DNA from: a virus
Lineage: Duplodnaviria; Caudoviricetes
Virus record (IMG/VR): IMGVR_UViG_3300028833_000075
Coordinates: 64,001 to 128,000 of that record
Length of the DNA: 64,000 bases
Strand: one strand, 5' to 3'
The notes under the pieces: generated by a model
What the model was told of the DNA's origin: nothing
Seen by the model: only the letters and a program-made list of their open reading frames with translations
Database searches by the model: none
Shown: positions 61,177-64,000 of the stretch, piece after piece
How positions within the stretch are numbered: position 1 is the stretch's first letter
How the letters are laid out: every line of letters starts with the position of its first letter
Translations under genes and position numbers: made by a program

Positions 61177-61342
61177 TGACATAATGAATTGCATTAAATG
61201 CTCAGTGCATGTAATGAACTGATAGGCAACGATACAGTCTATCCAATTGTAATGTTGTACAGCTGCAGAAAATGAAATGCTTGATTTTCTGCAGCTGTAA
61301 ACCTTACAATTGGAATGTCAATAATATATTTAGATCATGTCA
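61177..61342 (+). ncRNA. Retron-like msr-msd RNA 2 (downstream of RT)
   Basis: TGACATAAT (61177-85) / ATCATGTCA (61334-42) arms, G61186, short hairpins, then long hairpin 61242-61314. Confidence 0.7.
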
Positions 61343-61439
61343 GATGTACAATTTGGAAAGAAAACCGTAAAATGGTAAGCTAAAAAGTGTCAAACATATT
61401 GATAATAAACACTTCCGATGATGTCAAATCTGGTGGGGA

Positions 61440-61464
61440 CATTCGAGAATTTACGTAATGGGGA
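61440..61464 (+). promoter_or_regulatory. CATTCGA...GGGGA promoter-like motif ahead of hairpin array
   Basis: CATTCGAGAATTTACGTAATGGGGA. Confidence 0.6.
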
Positions 61465-61467
61465 AAG

Positions 61468-61786
61468 AATGCACAGCTAAAACAGCTTACTTTTTATTAA
61501 GGTTCAAAATAGTTGTTTTATATCGTGCATTTTATACATTATTCTCTACTGGGCAAATTGGCAGCTAATAACGTTTACTTTTTTTATAGCAAATGAGCCG
61601 TAGAGGCTCGCATATTAAATTAACGTTATGATTTGCCAAACAAACAAAGCTAGTGCGGCTTACTATATATATATAGAAATAAAAGAAGAAAACAGTCGCA
61701 CAATTTCTACTTTATGCGGAACGCTAGTCAGGCTTACTTTTCTAAAATACTTGGAATATTTTTAGTTTGACGATACCGTTCCGCAT
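61468..61786 (+). ncRNA. Array of four homologous hairpin RNAs (GCUA - 7-bp stem - UUACU)
   Basis: Units ~61468-61531, 61558-61639, 61646-61706, 61714-61786 with covarying stems. Confidence 0.7.
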
Positions 61787-61810
61787 CTTTTTTCTGAAAG
61801 GAGTAAGGTT

Positions 61811-62842
61811 ATGAAGGAATTATTCAAAGAGTATCTGTTTACTAAACACATTCTTGTTGCAACAAGCGAACCGACTGCAGAAGAAAGTTTTAATACGCTT
61901 GTTGCGCTGAAGAATCAGCTTGGAATTGAAATTACAAAAGGGAAAGAATCTGCAAGTTCAGATTTAATCAGATTTGCAGCAAACAATCTTGGAGAATATA
62001 TTCCTGAACCTTTTTATCGCGGGTTCCCGGAAACCGTAAAACAACTTAATAAAGATCAGCTGTTGTTCGATCAAGTATTTCATTATTTTGTGACATACGG
62101 TCTCGGTGAATTCGACGAAGCAGGACATTCGCTTTTCGAGAAAGAGTTTGAACGGCTCGCCTTTAACGAAGACGTTACTCAAAAGGAATTTGAAATTCTG
62201 AGTGAAGCCGATGCGATTGACAGGCTTCAAAATTATGTTATTAATCTGCTTGAAAGTTCACGACCGCTGAGTGAAGATACTTATGTCATTGTCAGCGAAG
62301 TTATGCGGGACTATATGATCGTTCCGAAGGCAATTTCATGCAAGCAGACCGCCGTGCGGCTGCTTTATGACACGAAAGCTGTCTATCGTTATGGTCGGTA
62401 CATCTCTCTCGCAGACGTAATTAAGCTTGTTGATTATATTAATTATACTGTTTACAGTAATGAAAATCTTAAGAAACTCAACCTTAGAAATAAAGACAGA
62501 AAACTTATTACTAAGGTGATTGACTTTTGTTTCGACAGCAAACGGTATAATTACAACGAGTGTTTCGAGAAGCGTAAGATATGGTGCGGCCTGCTTCACC
62601 ATATTCACTATCGTCCTGACAACGATGCGGCAGTTACTTTTGTGACGCTGATTCGTGAAGGCAAAAATATTTCTGCATACAGCAGATTCGAAGAAGAGAT
62701 GTCCGATAATAATGTCGGTAAGGCTGCAGAAATTCTTTACAATGAGAAAGGCTCATCTATAGTAATTCGCAACCTGAATTATCTCTTGTCTCGGTGCAAA
62801 TCCGAAGAAGACGTAAAAGAGGTGTTATCATGGGTAAAATAA
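61811..62842 (+). CDS. Alpha-helical protein, N-terminal partner of TerD-like gene (possibly Rot/TROVE-like)
   Basis: PFYRGFP..V, LLH.IHYRP, IVIRNLNYLL; overlaps next gene. Confidence 0.55.
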   Translation: MKELFKEYLFTKHILVATSEPTAEESFNTLVALKNQLGIEITKGKESASSDLIRFAANNLGEYIPEPFYRGFPETVKQLNKDQLLFDQVFHYFVTYGLGEFDEAGHSLFEKEFERLAFNEDVTQKEFEILSEADAIDRLQNYVINLLESSRPLSEDTYVIVSEVMRDYMIVPKAISCKQTAVRLLYDTKAVYRYGRYISLADVIKLVDYINYTVYSNENLKKLNLRNKDRKLITKVIDFCFDSKRYNYNECFEKRKIWCGLLHHIHYRPDNDAAVTFVTLIREGKNISAYSRFEEEMSDNNVGKAAEILYNEKGSSIVIRNLNYLLSRCKSEEDVKEVLSWVK

Positions 62843-63876
62843 ATCCCATCGTTTTAATTCAGATGCTGATGCAGTACCATAATTACTCAACAAAGCCTCG
62901 TGTATTTAAGTTTACGCGGAATAACAGGCTCAGAATGCATCGGGAATCTGAAGAAGAACAGGAAAAACGCAAATCTGTCCTGTCGCCTGAAATCAGAGCA
63001 GCTGCAGAGAAAACAATTAAGTCTCAGCTTTGGGAGTCTCTGAAAGGACGAGCAGGAAAAGTCTATGTAGATCCTGCGATGAAATCAATTGCAGTTCCGC
63101 TGCAGATGTCTGTTTCTCAAAACGGATTCGATGTTCTTCCTGCTGGCTCTCGGGTGAAAATTCCAGAAGGCAAGAAGATCAGAGCTTTTACTTATTGGGA
63201 AAAGGTAAACGATATCGATCTGTCTTGTTTCGGTTTGACAGAAGACGGAACTCAGCAGGAGTTCTCATGGAGAAATATGTATGATCGGCAAAGTTCCGAT
63301 ATTACTTTCTCTGGTGATGAAACATCCGGTTATAATGGCGGCTCGGAATATTTTGATATTAACTTAAATCTTTTTAAAGCGAAGCATCCTGATTTCAGGT
63401 ATGTTGTCTTTTGCGACAATGTATATTCTAATGGCGGCAGCACTCATTTCAACAAGTGTTTCTGCAAAGCTGGATTCATGATTCGCGATGAAAAAGATAG
63501 CGGCGAAATCTACGAGCCAAAAACCGTTAAAACCTCATTCCGTGTGGATGGGGATTCATCTTTTAGTTATATGTTTGCTATCGATCTTGACACGAGAGAA
63601 ATGATTTGGCTGAACATGTCTCGCGAAGGCAATCATGCTATCGCTGGAGAAGAAAAGATGGATTTCCTGATGAGTTATCTGACTGCTACCGAAGTGTTTA
63701 ATGTTTATGATCTGTTTAAAGCATGCGGAGAGAAAGCTACAACCATTCTCGACGCAGATGTAATTGTAACCGATTATACTTTCAATGAGCCTTCGATTGC
63801 GGAAGCAATCAAAGACAAAGAGATTATTCGGTCTTACGACTTTGAAAAGATCTTAAAATACATTCAGCCACAATAA
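62830..63876 (+). CDS. TerD-like domain protein
   Basis: FTYW...DIDLS, FSGDETSG..GGSEYFDI. Confidence 0.65.
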   Translation: MGKINPIVLIQMLMQYHNYSTKPRVFKFTRNNRLRMHRESEEEQEKRKSVLSPEIRAAAEKTIKSQLWESLKGRAGKVYVDPAMKSIAVPLQMSVSQNGFDVLPAGSRVKIPEGKKIRAFTYWEKVNDIDLSCFGLTEDGTQQEFSWRNMYDRQSSDITFSGDETSGYNGGSEYFDINLNLFKAKHPDFRYVVFCDNVYSNGGSTHFNKCFCKAGFMIRDEKDSGEIYEPKTVKTSFRVDGDSSFSYMFAIDLDTREMIWLNMSREGNHAIAGEEKMDFLMSYLTATEVFNVYDLFKACGEKATTILDADVIVTDYTFNEPSIAEAIKDKEIIRSYDFEKILKYIQPQ

Positions 63877-63921
63877 GGTTTTATCGGAACGTATTAAGTG
63901 CGGGTACGTTTCGTTAAAATA

Positions 63922-64000
63922 TTACAGATGACGGAATAGGTAGACGTGCGAAACCATAGGTGGGTCTGACATAAACCCATTTTCCTCCGCGACAACTGCT
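63922..64000 (+). ncRNA. tRNA-like RNA, truncated by window edge
   Basis: TGACGGAATAGGTAGACGT Leu-type D arm followed by non-standard anticodon region. Confidence 0.4.

Noticed and set aside
61468-61786. Hairpin array as CRISPR or terminator series
   Set aside because: No identical direct repeats; conservation is structural and the U-tracts lie inside the loops rather than after the stems

Overview
Segment of a large tailed-phage genome, probably infecting a Firmicute/Clostridia-type host (inferred from AGGAGG RBS usage and gene content). Left half (minus strand, 33745 to <1) is the virion morphogenesis operon: terminase, portal, tRNA-Asn, protease/scaffold, capsid, head-tail proteins, a tail-tube gene split by two group I introns that each carry a GIY-YIG endonuclease, frameshifted tail chaperones, and a >5,770-aa tape-measure protein absent from the ORF track because it runs off the window. 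That giant protein carries an N-terminal two-barrel RNA-polymerase domain (FDGG...VRSAGFKG; RYP...GGDVDGD) and a RecB/Cas4-type PD-(D/E)xK nuclease domain. Right half (plus strand) holds early/middle genes: a stand-alone YonO/QDE-1-like RNA polymerase, RNase H, two SSBs, DUF932, tRNAs, long non-coding tracts, an AT-rich origin candidate and many small ORFs. It ends with the most unusual locus: a Ubl / Ubl-fusion / E2-like / JAB / E1 operon followed by a retron-type reverse transcriptase flanked on BOTH sides by related msr-msd-like RNAs with different cargo, then a promoter-led array of four homologous hairpin RNAs ahead of a helical + TerD-like gene pair. Two recurring phage-specific promoter-like motifs fit a two-polymerase transcription programme. 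All assignments come from reading motifs by eye; no searches were run.
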